Source of the DNA: Octopus bimaculoides
Lineage: Eukaryota
Assembly (NCBI RefSeq): GCF_001194135.2
Contig: NC_068995.1
Coordinates: 11,659,469-11,699,335 of the forward strand
Length of the DNA: 39,867 bases
Direction: 5' to 3'
The notes below the pieces were generated by a model that was given only the letters and a program-made list of their open reading frames with translations, searched no databases and had not been told where the DNA came from. Made by a program: the position numbers and the translations under genes. Shown piece by piece: positions 1-12,176 of the stretch. Each line of letters begins with the position of its first letter. Position 1 is the stretch's first letter.

Positions 1-638
1 ATATATATATGTATATACATATAAGCTATTTCGAAACATGCTAAGCTTTAATGTACAATGAAACAGGCGTCTTTTCGTATTTGTTTTTCGTGCGGCTATT
101 TTCATTGTCGTTGTAATTCTAATATTTGTCTTTTGAGTTCATTCAAAATTAGCAAACAAATTTTAAATTCATAATACTATTTCCTGTACTGCGATGCATG
201 ATTACGCTACCTCTGCCTGTCGTAAGAAATTTTGTTCAGATCGAGATTCTAATAGAATTTCCTAAACACCACGTTAAGTAAGAATGAGTAACTAACAAGA
301 TTTTACATCATGAAACTATACTCGCGATGATATCACCTGCTTCTCTTTGACGTCTGTATGACATCAATTTGTCATTCCTATGTAACATTTCTCTCTTTCC
401 TCCACTTTCTCCCCCCCTCTCTCTCTCCCTCTCTCTCTCTGTATATATACATATAAATATATATACACACACATAGACACACACATATACATACATATAT
501 ATATACATATATATATCTATATTTATAATATATATATATGTGTGCACATATATATGTATACACACACAGACACGTTCATTTACGTATATCTAAATCCAGA
601 AATATGTTTATAGAAATACAAATATTCATGGATGCAAA

Positions 639-686
639 CACTCACACACGCACTCACACACGCACTCACACACGCACTCACACACG
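639..686. repeat. (CACTCACACACG)4 12-bp minisatellite
   Basis: Four exact consecutive 12-mers at 639, 651, 663 and 675. Confidence 0.95.
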
Positions 687-925
687 TATTACTAATACAA
701 ACAAATCATGTGTGGAAGTCGTTCGGCGAAAGGTGAACGTTCGCACGTCGTTATCGAAGCGGGTGCCTGTCGTATATATATATATATATATATATATATA
801 TNNNNNNNNNNNNNNNNNNNNNNNNNNNNNNNNNNNNNNNNNNNNNNNNNNNNNNNNNNNNNNNNNNNNNNNNNNNNNNNNNNNNNNNNNNNNNNNNNNN
901 ATGTATATATGTAAGTATGTATGTC

Positions 926-1015
926 TTATTTCAAGATTTCTTGCCAATAGAGAAAGATTCGGTTTCTAACCAAGATCCAAGCCTCCTTCATTGGAATTTC
1001 AACGTGAACAAGGTA
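926..1015 (+). repeat. Dispersed ~90 bp repeat (family C), copy 1, embedded in (TATG)n
   Basis: TTATTTCAAGATTTCTTGCCAATAGAGAAAG...GATCCAAGCCTCCTTCATTGGAATTTCAAC...AACAAGGTA aligns closely with 6482-6574. Confidence 0.85.
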
Positions 1016-1019
1016 TTTT

Positions 1020-1051
<32 letters not shown>

Positions 1052-1090
1052 TGTATAGATATGTATGTGTGTGTGTATATGTTTGTGTGT

Positions 1091-1298
1091 CTGTGTTTGT
1101 CCCCCCAACATCGCTTGACAACCGATGCTGGTGTGGTTACGTCTCCGTAACTTAGCGGTTCGGCAAAAAGAGACCGATTGAATAAGTACTAGGCTTACAA
1201 AGAATAAGTCCTGGGGTCGATTTGCTCGACTAAAAAAAGGCGGTGCGCCAGCATGGCAAAAGTCAAATGACTGAAACAAGGAAAAGAGTAAAAGAGTA
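1091..1298 (+). mobile_element. SINE family A, 3' half (post-microsatellite body and AAAGAGTA tail)
   Basis: GTCCCCCCAACATCGCTTGACAACCGATGCTGGTGTG...GGCGGTGC.CCAGCATGG...GACTGAAACAAG is near-identical to 11560-11732 and 18435-18636. It ends in a short AAAAGAGT tandem tail. Confidence 0.9.
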
Positions 1299-2800
1299 CT
1301 TTTGGTTTTTGCAAACCAGCAACGAAGGAACTATAATCTTGTGCAATATGGAACAGGAAGATGAAACTTTTATGCATTTTTTCCCCCGTCCAGAGTATAT
1401 AAGCTGTGTAAATAAATTAACTTCATCTCAAGATAGAAACTAGAACGTTATCTCTTGAAGTCGGCAATTTACCTCTTTGCAGTATTATGACGCGCTTGCA
1501 ACAACATAATATAATCGAAAAATATGAAGATGGAATGAACGAAACGAGTAAAAGAGAAATTACTAACTGTATTAAGGAAACAACAAAACAGAAAGCCCAT
1601 CAGGCGAGGAAATCAATAAGCAATTACCATTTATTTCACTTCTCCTTCTGAACTTTACATACAATTTATGAGCAATACAAACGCCCGTTGTCTATTTATC
1701 ATCTACAATAATTTGAAATTCCCCCCAAAAAAGTAAATGGGAGAAACCTCAGTTGATTTTTCTTCATTGATGTTTATTTCTAAAGGGATCTATAAAGCAA
1801 TAATTTCTGATTTCACTGTTTATCTTGTCACAACAAGCAGGCAAATGAAGTTCTCCATGTGAATGATCCGTTGTGAACTTTGTGTTTTCATTGTGTGATA
1901 ACCTCAACAATTCTCTATTAGAACCTTATCTACAAATAAGCCATTAAAACTTCGTGTATTGCAATTGTGTACAAATGTTAGCATTATTTACAAATGTTGT
2001 AAATATTCATTATAATATTTTGATTATTAGCATTTTTGGTCTATTTGTTGGTTTTTGTATTTCGTCATTGTTTCCTTGTCAATTGCTATTAAGTTTTAAT
2101 ATCGGTTTCTTAAGGCCAATGTTTGTGAGGGAACAATACAATCAATTTAATCGATATCAGTACAGTATTGGGTACTTATTTATAGAAATCAAATGGACGA
2201 AAATTTAAAGATGCGCTGGAAACTTGTTAGCAATGGCAAAGGAAGAAGCACAGAACAAAACTAAATATTATAAAAGTGGGCGTACTACGAAACTCGAAAA
2301 GGCCTCAATGTTCTTTGAATTCAGTGAACGAATATTTCAAGTTTACGTATAGAACCAAATTGAAAGCCGCACAAATTAATTAACGAAATTAATTAGCAAA
2401 ACCAATAACGAGAAGTTCTTTACAAGTAATTAATTTGAATGTAACAACCTTTTAATGGTATTATTTCACACAAACTTGAAATCAGTTCGTGAGAGGAAAT
2501 CTTTCTAAAAATATCTCTCGAAATATAGAAGTCATGTTGTCCTAGAAGTTAATTAAAACCAAATAATATTGGGTAACTTTGAATGTATATGTATGTAGAT
2601 ATGGGCGTGTGTCTATATACGATATTATACATATATAGGCTTCAAGAGACTTCGACCAGCACAGGTACACAAGCGTAATATGACACATACACACACACAA
2701 ACGCAAACACACTAGCAGACTTAACGTCACTCCTTACACCAACATATATATATACACACACAGGCGCGTGCACGCATAACTTTATACACGCACATATATT

Positions 2801-2834
<34 letters not shown>

Positions 2835-4445
2835 NNNNNNNNNNNNNNNNNNNNNNNNNNNNNNNNNNNNNNNNNNNNNNNNNNNNNNNNNNNNNNNNNN
2901 NNNNNNNNNNNNNNNNNNNNNNNNNNNNNNNNNNNNNNNNNNNNNNNNNNNNNNNNNNNNNNNNNNNNNNNNNNNNNNNNNNNNNNNNNNNNNNNNNNNN
3001 NNNNNNNNNNNNNNNNNNNNNNNNNNNNNNNNNNNNNNNNNNNNNNNNNNNNNNNNNNNNNNNNNNNNNNNNNNNNNNNNNNNNNNNNNNNNNNNNNNNN
3101 NNNNNNNNNNNNNNNNNNNNNNNNNNNNNNNNNNNNNNNNNNNNNNNNNNNNNNNNNNNNNNNNNNNNNNNNNNNNNNNNNNNNNNNNNNNNNNNNNNNN
3201 NNNNNNNNNNNNNNNNNNNNNNNNNNNNNNNNNNNNNNNNNNNNNNNNNNNNNNNNNNNNNNNNNNNNNNNNNNNNNNNNNNNNNNNNNNNNNNNNNNNN
3301 NNNNNNNNNNNNNNNNNNNNNNNNNNNNNNNNNNNNNNNNNNNNNNNNNNNNNNNNNNNNNNNNNNNNNNNNNNNNNNNNNNNNNNNNNNNNNNNNNNNN
3401 NNNNNNNNNNNNNNNNNNNNNNNNNNNNNNNNNNNNNNNNNNNNNNNNNNNNNNNNNNNNNNNNNNNNNNNNNNNNNNNNNNNNNNNNNNNNNNNNNNNN
3501 NNNNNNNNNNNNNNNNNNNNNNNNNNNNNNNNNNNNNNNNNNNNNNNNNNNNNNNNNNNNNNNNNNNNNNNNNNNNNNNNNNNATATATATATATATATA
3601 CATATGTATATATGCTATATTAAAACTTAAAAAGGCTTAAATAGGCCTGAATTGGTCCAGATCCTATCTAACTTAGTGAGTGGCCGCATTTTGTGAGTGA
3701 ATGTTCATGAACTCTTTTGAAATAAGTGAAATGATTTTTTTCCTTATAGATTAACTGCGTATTTTTGAAGCTTATTACGTACATTTGTTTTATCTAGCCA
3801 TTATGAAATAAACGAATTACTTATTCCGTTTCAACAGTCTTCGTAGGCTAAATAATCATATAATGATTTAATCGATTTTTTCATCCCTTCGCAATCTGAA
3901 TTTGTTCCAAATTTCGGTAAGAATTTTGCGCAAGATTACATAAAATAAATATAACAAATAATTAAAAAAATATAAAACATTATTTCTCTATCAGTGTGGA
4001 AGTTTCAATTATTCGAAGCAATGTTCCGAAATAAATACCAAATATCTACTTGTCAGAAGCCTCAGCTAAACGCGAAGGCCAAGTTTATCTTCAATGCTAC
4101 GGCAAATATCTTTGATAGTTGATCTTCCTAACAGGCCGGGCTAAAAACCGTCCGGTTTCTCTCTAAATGAATTGTACAGAGATCAAACAGAGAACAGTGA
4201 ATTCTCCCTTTATTTTTATCAAGAATACTTATGAATTCATTAAGAACGTTGTCGTTGCTGCAAGAGATGTAGAAAAGCAGGAAATAAATTGATTTAATTT
4301 CCCAGGAATCTTTCTTTTATCTGACAAAAGATTCGTTAATGATAGCTTCTCCATGAGTGCACTACAGGCAGCTGCTTGCTTCAATTTAGTACTGATGTAT
4401 CTGTTTTAAGTTTACTTTTGACAGACACAAATGATTACATCAAAC

Positions 4446-4446
<1 letters not shown>

Positions 4447-4476
<30 letters not shown>

Positions 4477-4493
4477 TCCATCATCATTATTAT
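4447..4493. repeat. (ATC)n trinucleotide microsatellite
   Basis: Direct reading of the sequence. Confidence 0.95.
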
Positions 4494-5035
4494 TGCTGCC
4501 GTCCGTTGTTACTCTTGCAAATGTTTTATTTTTCGTTTAAATTCATTTAGTCAGTCATGTATTGAATAAATTCGAAAACTAAACTTCTGAATTTTAGTTA
4601 TATTTGCTTCCATATTTATTGATGGTCTAATTAGGCAGCAGTAGAATATTTCATTCTACATTCATACACACATTCCTATATACCGTCTTGCTTTATACAC
4701 ATCTATACATCACGCCTCCTTTCAAACACTATTGCCGTCATTCGCAAACAAGTATAACTTTTTAATACGGGTCACGCTTTCGTTAATTACTATAAGTGCT
4801 TATATACTGACGAGCAGATACAAACACCTTCTCGGCCCTCCCAAACTAAACTCAATGGAAAATCCTGTGTGGGGCATCCGTAAAAAAAGTGGTCGCACAC
4901 GTATGGCGTTTTGTTATTTATGAAACCCCAAAACAATGAAAATCAGATTGGCTACAGCGGAATTTGAAATCAGAGCGCTGGAATACCGTCACGCATGCAA
5001 GCAAAAACAACAGAATGTACATACGTATATATATA

Positions 5036-5100
<65 letters not shown>

Positions 5101-5185
5101 ATGTATATATATATATATAAATTATAATTTAGGGTATCTAAGAGATACCACCTCGCTGGAAATAGCAGTCAAAACTTGACATTAA

Positions 5186-5243
5186 AATCACTGATGAAGG
5201 CAGAGCATTTCTTATGCAGAGCCAGAAATCCGCACAGGTATAA
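5186..5243 (+). ncRNA. Decayed hammerhead-ribozyme-like motif
   Basis: CTGATGA (5191-5197), structured stem II GGC-AGA-GCAT-TTCTT-ATGC-AGA-GCC, GAAA (5225-5228) and a possible GTA triplet. Stem I pairing is poor. Confidence 0.3.
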
Positions 5244-5492
5244 CAAATATATTTACATTTATATTATAATTACATGACATTATTAAAATATATCTACACA
5301 CTCACACACACACGTGTGTGTGCGTGGGTGTGTTTTTCTTTGAGTTTTATTTAAGTTCCGAAGATAGTTCAAACCGGTCGGCAACAAAACGTCAAGACTT
5401 TCTGATGTTTGTAAATTTGTGGTTGATTTGGTGTGTTGGATCAGCTGTCGATGCACACACCAAAGTATGTGCATCTATTCATCTAAAGAATG

Positions 5493-6400
5493 TCACATGC
5501 AAAATCTTTGGAACGTCCTACAAAATTTCACTGTGCCATTTATAGATTGGATCTGAAGAATCCTCGTCATTTTCTTTCGGTCTTTTTACGAAAATCCTTG
5601 TATTTCTTGGTTTTTGTATCTATTTGTTGGTACATAACCTAATGCACCTATGATGGTAGATACAACTGAAACTTCATAACCAGGGTACAAAAGCTGTATG
5701 TTCTGCATTAATTCATCACAAATGTTCATTTTCTGGATGTTTGAGGGTACATTCCCATCCGCTGGGCAGCTGAACCTTACGACAGTACATGGATTTTTTT
5801 TCTCTTTTCCATAGAACAATATCAGATCTGTTATGTTTATACCGAATTGTAGTTTTTGTTGTGTTCCACCAGTATTCCTAGTTTTTGAATGTCTGAATAC
5901 ATGCTGGTTTTGACATACTTTGGCGTGTTCGTGAAGGTAATCCTTCCGGCAAATAGCGTTGTAAATAGTCTTTGCAACTATTTCATGCCTCAGGGAAAGA
6001 TATTGTCTTGTAGATATTCGGGACAGCTGCTAATGATATAGGTGATATCTTCCATACTTGTTCAGCAGAGCCGACATTTTCTATCACAATATGGTGGTTT
6101 GGTGCTATCTAATATTTATCTCCTGTTCCTGGTTTGGGAAAGCATATCCTTCTAGGTAGAAGTGATGCATCTATCACAGCTCCAGGAGAGGCTACCCTTC
6201 CTCTCAGTGTTGTTGTTACCATCTAGGTTATGGGATGTGTATTAATGATTTGCTTTTTGCTGATATGATGATTACTTCTCCTCTAAACTCCTGATTAGGT
6301 AAGACAGTCCAGCCTCTTTTAGGTCGCATTTGACGGTGGTTTTCTCAGAGTACCTGTTCAGTAGTTCACCACCTCTGCAGATATTATTCCTATAGCTTTT
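5493..6400 (-). mobile_element. RLE-type non-LTR retrotransposon (R4/Dong-like) 3' ORF remnant: zinc knuckle plus restriction-like endonuclease
   Basis: Minus-strand translation across stops and frameshifts gives CRLC*TSMEDITYIISSCP (CRLC at 6065-6076), YLSLRHEIVAKTIY, EYWWN, KHNRSDIVLW, FSCPADGNV, IIGALGYVP and LQIQSINGTVKFCRTF. These match the CCHC knuckle and PD-(D/E)xK RLE motifs of R4/Dong-type elements. The upstream boundary is approximate. Confidence 0.85.
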
Positions 6401-6481
6401 GAGTATATATGTAATGGACTCATTGTGTATGTATGTATGTATGTATGTATGTATGTATGTATGTCATTATTCAAGATTTCA

Positions 6482-6574
6482 TTATTTCAAAATTTCTTGC
6501 CAATAGAGAAAGAACTAGTTTCTAGCCTAGATCCAAGGCTCCTTCATTGGAATTTCAACATCAACAACAAGGTA
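6482..6574 (+). repeat. Dispersed ~90 bp repeat (family C), copy 2, embedded in (TATG)n
   Basis: Aligns with 926-1015. It is preceded by a partial duplication of its own 5' end (TTATTCAAGATTTC, 6467-6480) and has (TATG)n on both sides. Confidence 0.85.
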
Positions 6575-8029
6575 GTTTTGTTTGTATGTATGTATGTATG
6601 TATGTGTGTATGTATGTATGTATGTATGTATGTATGTACGTGTATTCGAAGCACACAGTTGCCAAAAATATCGCCCTCCTTATAAGTAACATTGATGAAA
6701 TCCCCACCCTCATACCTCGAAGCCGCCCTCCACCTTTGTCTGTTTAGCTTAGTCTTTTCCATAATCAATGGCCCATCCTGCCTAATTTCTGTTTCCTACA
6801 GTTACCCTCAGCCAACTGCCCCAAATTTCGTGAACATCCATTCCCTTATTCAAAGGGTGTCTACTTTGGCCAGTTTATTTCCTTGTTGATCAACCTCCCT
6901 CAACTCCAATTTGCTTCATTTTGCTGCTCTACGTCCGTTTTAACACACGTCCTTATATCTAAAACACTACTAGCATTCGTTTCTAGTCACTGACTATATC
7001 ACTTATAATACTAGAAGGGATATTTACTGTGTAAAAGTTTTAGCTCCGTGTTCTCGCTTACACTGGAAAAAAGGCCACAAGTCAGCGAATCAGCGAATCA
7101 CACATTCAAACGTGTATAAAACGTCCGTTTAAACAACACTACATCATCTGTCCTTCTTCACTTCAAACCCCCAACCCGCACTGTTTCCTACATTTCGCTT
7201 TTCCGTATTATTTCCCAACATGAATACCCTACTTCTCGCAATGTAAAAGAAGGAATGAAAAATAAAATGGAAAAAGAAAACAAAACGTATCTTCCGCTAC
7301 GTATTCTTCACCCCCTCGGGCATGAATTCCATGCTTATGTTCACATAACTGCACCCAACCACACCGAAATTTGCATTTCGACATTGCACCTCACGGTAAC
7401 ACATCTCTCTCTCACACACACGCATACACATTATAAATAACGCATGCGTTAATGCTAGGTATCTAAACATCCATATAAAATAAACTTACCATGTGTAGAG
7501 AAGCAGAATTTCACAAGTGCACAGGCATACGAGTGCACAGGCATACAGACACACTGTTAAACGTAAGATCACACCTCACACGAACACGCACACACATTCA
7601 CTGAAACTAACGCCTACACATATATTTCAACTCGACAGGCCGCACATGTATCAAACACGAATATATCTCATTAACTATACACTATTCCTAAAACATTCAT
7701 GCCAACAAATGAACTTGTATCGCAAAAACGCAGGCATAAATAACCAATATCTTAACTTTTACAGATGTATGCATATAAACTCATTGACATATATACAACA
7801 GTTCATCGTATACAAGCACACACGCCAATGCTCTGTATCCGCCCACACAAGCACATGCTTATGATTATGTTCGTCCTCTTCTCATACCCGTTACATAATC
7901 ACTACATGTACGTGTACATCAACAACATCATATATCACCTAACATCTACTCAAGCGTATGCGTTGGCGTACATGAGTACGCAGTTTGTATGTGTACACGT
8001 ATACTTGTGTGTATGTATAATTAGTAAAA

Positions 8030-8070
<41 letters not shown>

Positions 8071-8519
8071 NNNNNNNNNNNNNNNNNNNNNNNNNNNNNN
8101 NNNNNNNNNNNNNNNNNNNNNNNNNNNNNNNNNNNNNNNNNNNNNNNNNNNNNNNNNNNNNNNNNNNNNNNNNNNNNNNNNNNNNNNNNNNNNNNNNNNN
8201 NNNNNNNNNNNNNNNNNNNNNNNNNNNNNNNNNNNNNNNNNNNGTGTGTGTGTGTGTGTGTGTGGCTGTGTATATATATATATACAGACATGACAGAAAT
8301 AGACACGCCATAGAACATTGTTTTATGTTTATTTTGACTTGAAAATGTTTATATTTTTCATAAATTGACATTTTAATGCTTCAGTTTCTATGTTTCAGGA
8401 CTGTTTAACCACGTACAAAGGAAGCCTTTGAAGTGTCCAAATTTCAAAGAGGCCATATTGCGGATCAATCTGAAGGTGGACTTGGTCAGCGTGAGATTGC
8501 AGAGAACCTTGTGATCCTG

Positions 8520-9065
8520 CATTTTACAGTCAATAGATCTGCTTTCATTGTCCTCCACAGATTTCACACGCCGCCTGAAAGCGTCAGAATTCTTCATGAT
8601 GAAGTACGCAGCCCTGTTGTCCCACTGTTTCCTCAGGATTTGCTTAAAATGAGAAAGACTTAGATGTGAAGTTCTGTTGGTAGAACGCTCTAATTTTCTC
8701 CCATACCGCATAGTCCAGGAAATTCAAGTCTGCGCCGGAAGAAAGCTAGAATTTGGCACGCCAATTTCTGTACTTTGTTCACCGTATGAGCAGGAGAACC
8801 ATCTTGGATCGACGTATAGTTACCGTTGGAGTAGTTAGACTTCAGCTGACACAAACCCTTATACTGCAGTACTTTATTATAAACGTCAGCCCTCCCCATT
8901 TTCCCCAAACTTGAAAAAGTGGAGAGGCATATATTTTCCATCAGACACCACGATTCCCAGTATCATGACTTGAGCTGGGGGCTTGGTTCAAAAGACGCCC
9001 TTTACTGCGGAAGCTGACTTAGCAATGCATCGATCATTGCGACGTTTTAAAACAGCATCACATTT
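8520..9065 (-). mobile_element. IS630-Tc1-mariner DNA transposon remnant, maT/DD37D-like transposase catalytic domain
   Basis: Minus-strand translation gives DAVLKRRNDR, TKPPAQVMILGIVVSDGKYMPLHFF, ADVYNKVL, QDGSPAHT (8786-8806), LDYAVW-KLERSTNRTSH and AFRRRVKSVEDNESRSID. It is frameshifted and the SPDLNP segment is deleted. TIRs were not identified. Confidence 0.8.
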
Positions 9066-9706
9066 AATATGAGATGTCAGTGTTATTTTCATTTTTGCGT
9101 AATTTAGACGACAGTTTATTCACCGCACCCTCTATTTATATATATATATATGTATATATACTCACACATATGTACATATATATATGTATATACATATGTA
9201 CATATATATATGTATGTATATATATATATANNNNNNNNNNNNNNNNNNNNNNNNNNNNNNNNNNNNNNNNNNNNNNNNNNNNNNNNNNNNNNNNNNNNNN
9301 NNNNNNNNNNNNNNNNNNNNNNNNNNNNNNNNNNNNNNNNNNNNNNNNNNNNNNNNNNNNNNNNNNNNNNNNNNNNNNNNNNNNNNNNNNNNNNNNNNNN
9401 NNNNNNNNNNNNNNNNNNNNNNNNNNNNNNNNNNNNNNNNNNNNNNNNNNNNNNNNNNNNNNNNNNNNNNNNNNNNNNNNNNNNNNNNNNNNNNNNNNNN
9501 NNNNNNNNNNNNNNNNNNNNNNNNNNNNNNNNNNNNNNNNNNNNNNNNNNNNNNNNNNNNNNNNNNNNNNNNNNNNNNNNNNNNNNNNNNNNNNNNNNNN
9601 NNNNNNNNNNNNNNNNNNNNNNNNNNNNNNNNNNNNNNNNNNNNNNNNNNNNNNNNNNNNNNNNNNNNNNNNNNNNNNNNNNNNNNNNNNNNNNNNNNNN
9701 NATATA

Positions 9707-9739
<33 letters not shown>

Positions 9740-10266
9740 GTATGTGTCTGTGTGTGCGCGTGTGAGCGCGTGTGAGTGCGTGTGTGTGTGTGTGCATGTG
9801 TATGTGTGTACATGTATATGTATATGCATATATATTGATCCTATTTTTGCACCAGATTTCTGATATATAATCTTATATGAGTGGCATGCATTCCATTCGA
9901 TGTAACGTAAGTATGACCAAAGGACATTATATTGCTGTAAACCACGGCTGTAAGTTTCTGACATTCCATAGATTAAAAGTCGAGCCGAATTTCCGGACTT
10001 TGTAAGAAAGCTATTGTTTCCAGCGACTTTAAATACCGGAAGGTGGCCGTAAGGTTTTGTCATCGAAATATGAAGTATTTTGCCTCCAGCACCATTCTTG
10101 AATATATTTCTGTTCTACAGATATATAAATCTACAGTGAGGGCAAAAGTTAACAGTGTAGATTCTCTGACTAGTGACATCATACGTAGAGAAATGACTTA
10201 CTTAATATTGTAGCTTAATCTCTGTGAATCACACATTTGATGGACACATTTGATGGTCGAGCACTA

Positions 10267-11152
10267 CGAGTTGGTATCTAAACTATTCTGGACTAATTCT
10301 GTAGCGTTCCAACGGATGGCAGCACGTGGTTGCGTGCTCAGTGAGAACTAGCAGTGGCCTTCATGAGGCAGTGTGCCGAGTGACATCGCTGTGTTTAGTT
10401 CGTAAGCTATGAAGCCTGTGTTTTTGTGATCACGTGTATGCTGTGGTCTCTGATTTTTGTCATGGACAGAAAATTGGAACAAAGAGCCAACATGAAATTT
10501 TGCGTTTAACTTGGGAACTGTACTACAGAGATGTTGAGCTTGTTTCCACAAGCTTACGGCGACGAGGTAATGCTTCGCATGTAATGTTTCGAGTGGCATA
10601 AGCGCTTCAACATCGGAAGAACTATCATAGAAGATGATGACTGATCTGGAAGAATTACCATGATCGTCACCCTTGGAAATCTGGCATTGTGCATCAAGAA
10701 TTCGTCCTCCAGGCTCAGACCGTCAGTCGAGAGCTCTACTGCGATGTTTTGAAGCGTTTGATGAGGGAGGACACTCGACGAAAGCGACCAGATCTGTGAA
10801 GCTTTCCTCACACGTGAGTTTTTCGCAACAAACGACACGGTATCGCTCCGCACCCGCCCTATTCGCCGGATTTGGCACCTGCGGACTTTCATCCCTTTCT
10901 GGAGATGAAAATACATCTGAAACGGTCGCCGTTTTAACACTGTTGTAGAGATCCAGAACGAATTGCAGAAGGCCTGCGATTTGCTTACGGGAAAACGACT
11001 TTCAGGCCTGATCGCAAAAGTGGCAGGAATGTTGGGACCGGTGTTATTGCTGCGCAAGGTGACTATTTCTAAGGAGGTGATGTTGAAACTTGAGTAAATA
11101 AGTTATTTTTTAATAAACATAACCAGACTGGGAACTTTTTGATACCACCCCG
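10267..11152 (+). mobile_element. Internally deleted mariner element (886 bp) with both TIRs and TA target-site duplications
   Basis: TA at 10265-66 followed by CGAGTTGGTATCTAAA. The 3' end GATACCACCCCG is followed by TA at 11153-54. 13 of the first 16 TIR positions match. A transposase remnant lies inside. Confidence 0.9.
10462..11093 (+). pseudogene. Mariner transposase pseudogene
   Basis: MDRKLEQRANMKFCV*LG...AYGDEVM...CFEWHKRF...EDDD*SGR (HTH), GIVHQEFV, PHPPYSPDLAPADF (10848-10889) and WQECWDRC..AQGDYF. It has stops, frameshifts and two internal deletions. Confidence 0.92.
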
Positions 11153-11313
11153 TATTTAGGATAAAAACAGCTGTGCGGGATCGATGAGAAATGTGTCGAA
11201 ACAATCGTCGTGGTTAATAATAAATTCCCGTATATTACATCTTCCCTCTATCATATACTGCATATATATACATATGTATAAATATTAATACATTATATCT
11301 TATAGTATGTATA

Positions 11314-11732
11314 AGGAGTGGGTGTGTGGTAAGTAGCTTGCTTACCAACCACATGATTCCGGGTTCAGTCCCACTGCATGGCACCTTGGACAAGTGACTT
11401 CTACTATAGCCTTGGGCCGATCAAAGCCTTGCGAGTGGAGTTGGTAGACGGAAACTGAAAGAAGCATGTCGTATGTATATATATATATATATANNNNNNN
11501 NNNNNNNNNNNNNNNNNATATATATTCATATGTAAGTATATATTTGTGTGTGTGTGAGTCCCCTAACATCGCTTGACAACCGACGCTGGTGTGTTTATGT
11601 TCCCGTAAATTAGCGGTTCAGCAAAAGTAAACCGACAGAATAAGTACTAGGCTTACAAAGAATAAGTCGATTTGCTCGACTAAAGGCGGTGCTCCAGCAT
11701 GGCTGTAGTCAAAATAACTGAAACAAATAAAG
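11314..11732 (+). mobile_element. SINE family A, full-length: tRNA-like head, CORE-like segment, internal (TA/TG)n with gap, 3' body
   Basis: A-box-like GTGTGTGGTAAG, B-box-like GGGTTCAGTCCC, then ACCTTGGACAAGTGACTT. The head ends GAAAGAAGCATGTCGT, followed by the microsatellite and then the body shared with 1091-1298. Confidence 0.9.
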
Positions 11733-11744
11733 GAATATATGTAT

Positions 11745-12001
11745 ATATGATATATATATATATATATATCATATATATAACACACACATACACACAAACA
11801 AACACATACACGCTCTCTCTGTTTCTCTGTCTCTCTGTCTCTCTCTGTCTCTCTCTCTCTGTCTCTCTCTGTCTCTCTCTTTCTCTGTCGCTCTCTCTGT
11901 CTGTCTCTCTTTCTCTGTCTCTGTCTCTCTCTGTCTCTGTCTCTCTCTGTCTCTGTCTGTCTCTCTGTCTCTCTGTCTCTCTCTGTCTCTCTGTGTGTCT
12001 C

Positions 12002-12032
<31 letters not shown>

Positions 12033-12097
12033 GTCTATCTCTGTCTGTCTGTGTGTTTGCCTGTCTGTCTGTGTGTCTCTCTAAGTCTCTCTAAGTT

Positions 12098-12172
<75 letters not shown>
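11745..12172. repeat. Compound microsatellite (TA)-(CA)-(CT/CTGT)~300 bp-(CA)-(TA)
   Basis: Direct reading. This explains the SL-repeat ORF 11699-12094. Confidence 0.95.

Positions 12173-12176
<4 letters not shown>

Noticed and set aside
6660-7000. Possible RTE LINE C-terminus on the minus strand (LNRQRWRA)
   Set aside because: Only one short motif, and the surrounding frames are uninformative.
7480-7560. Minus-strand ATG|GTAAGT donor-like site and a 15-bp direct repeat AGTGCACAGGCATAC
   Set aside because: An isolated splice-like motif in low-complexity sequence, with no supporting exon.
10031-10080. AAATAC-CGGAAGG-stem-GAAA...GTATTT hammerhead-like motif
   Set aside because: Stems I and II pair, but three core positions are non-canonical.
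11176-11215. TCGATGA...GAAAC-AATC-GTC hammerhead-like motif
   Set aside because: The 3' half is canonical but the core is altered at two positions and there is no stem I.
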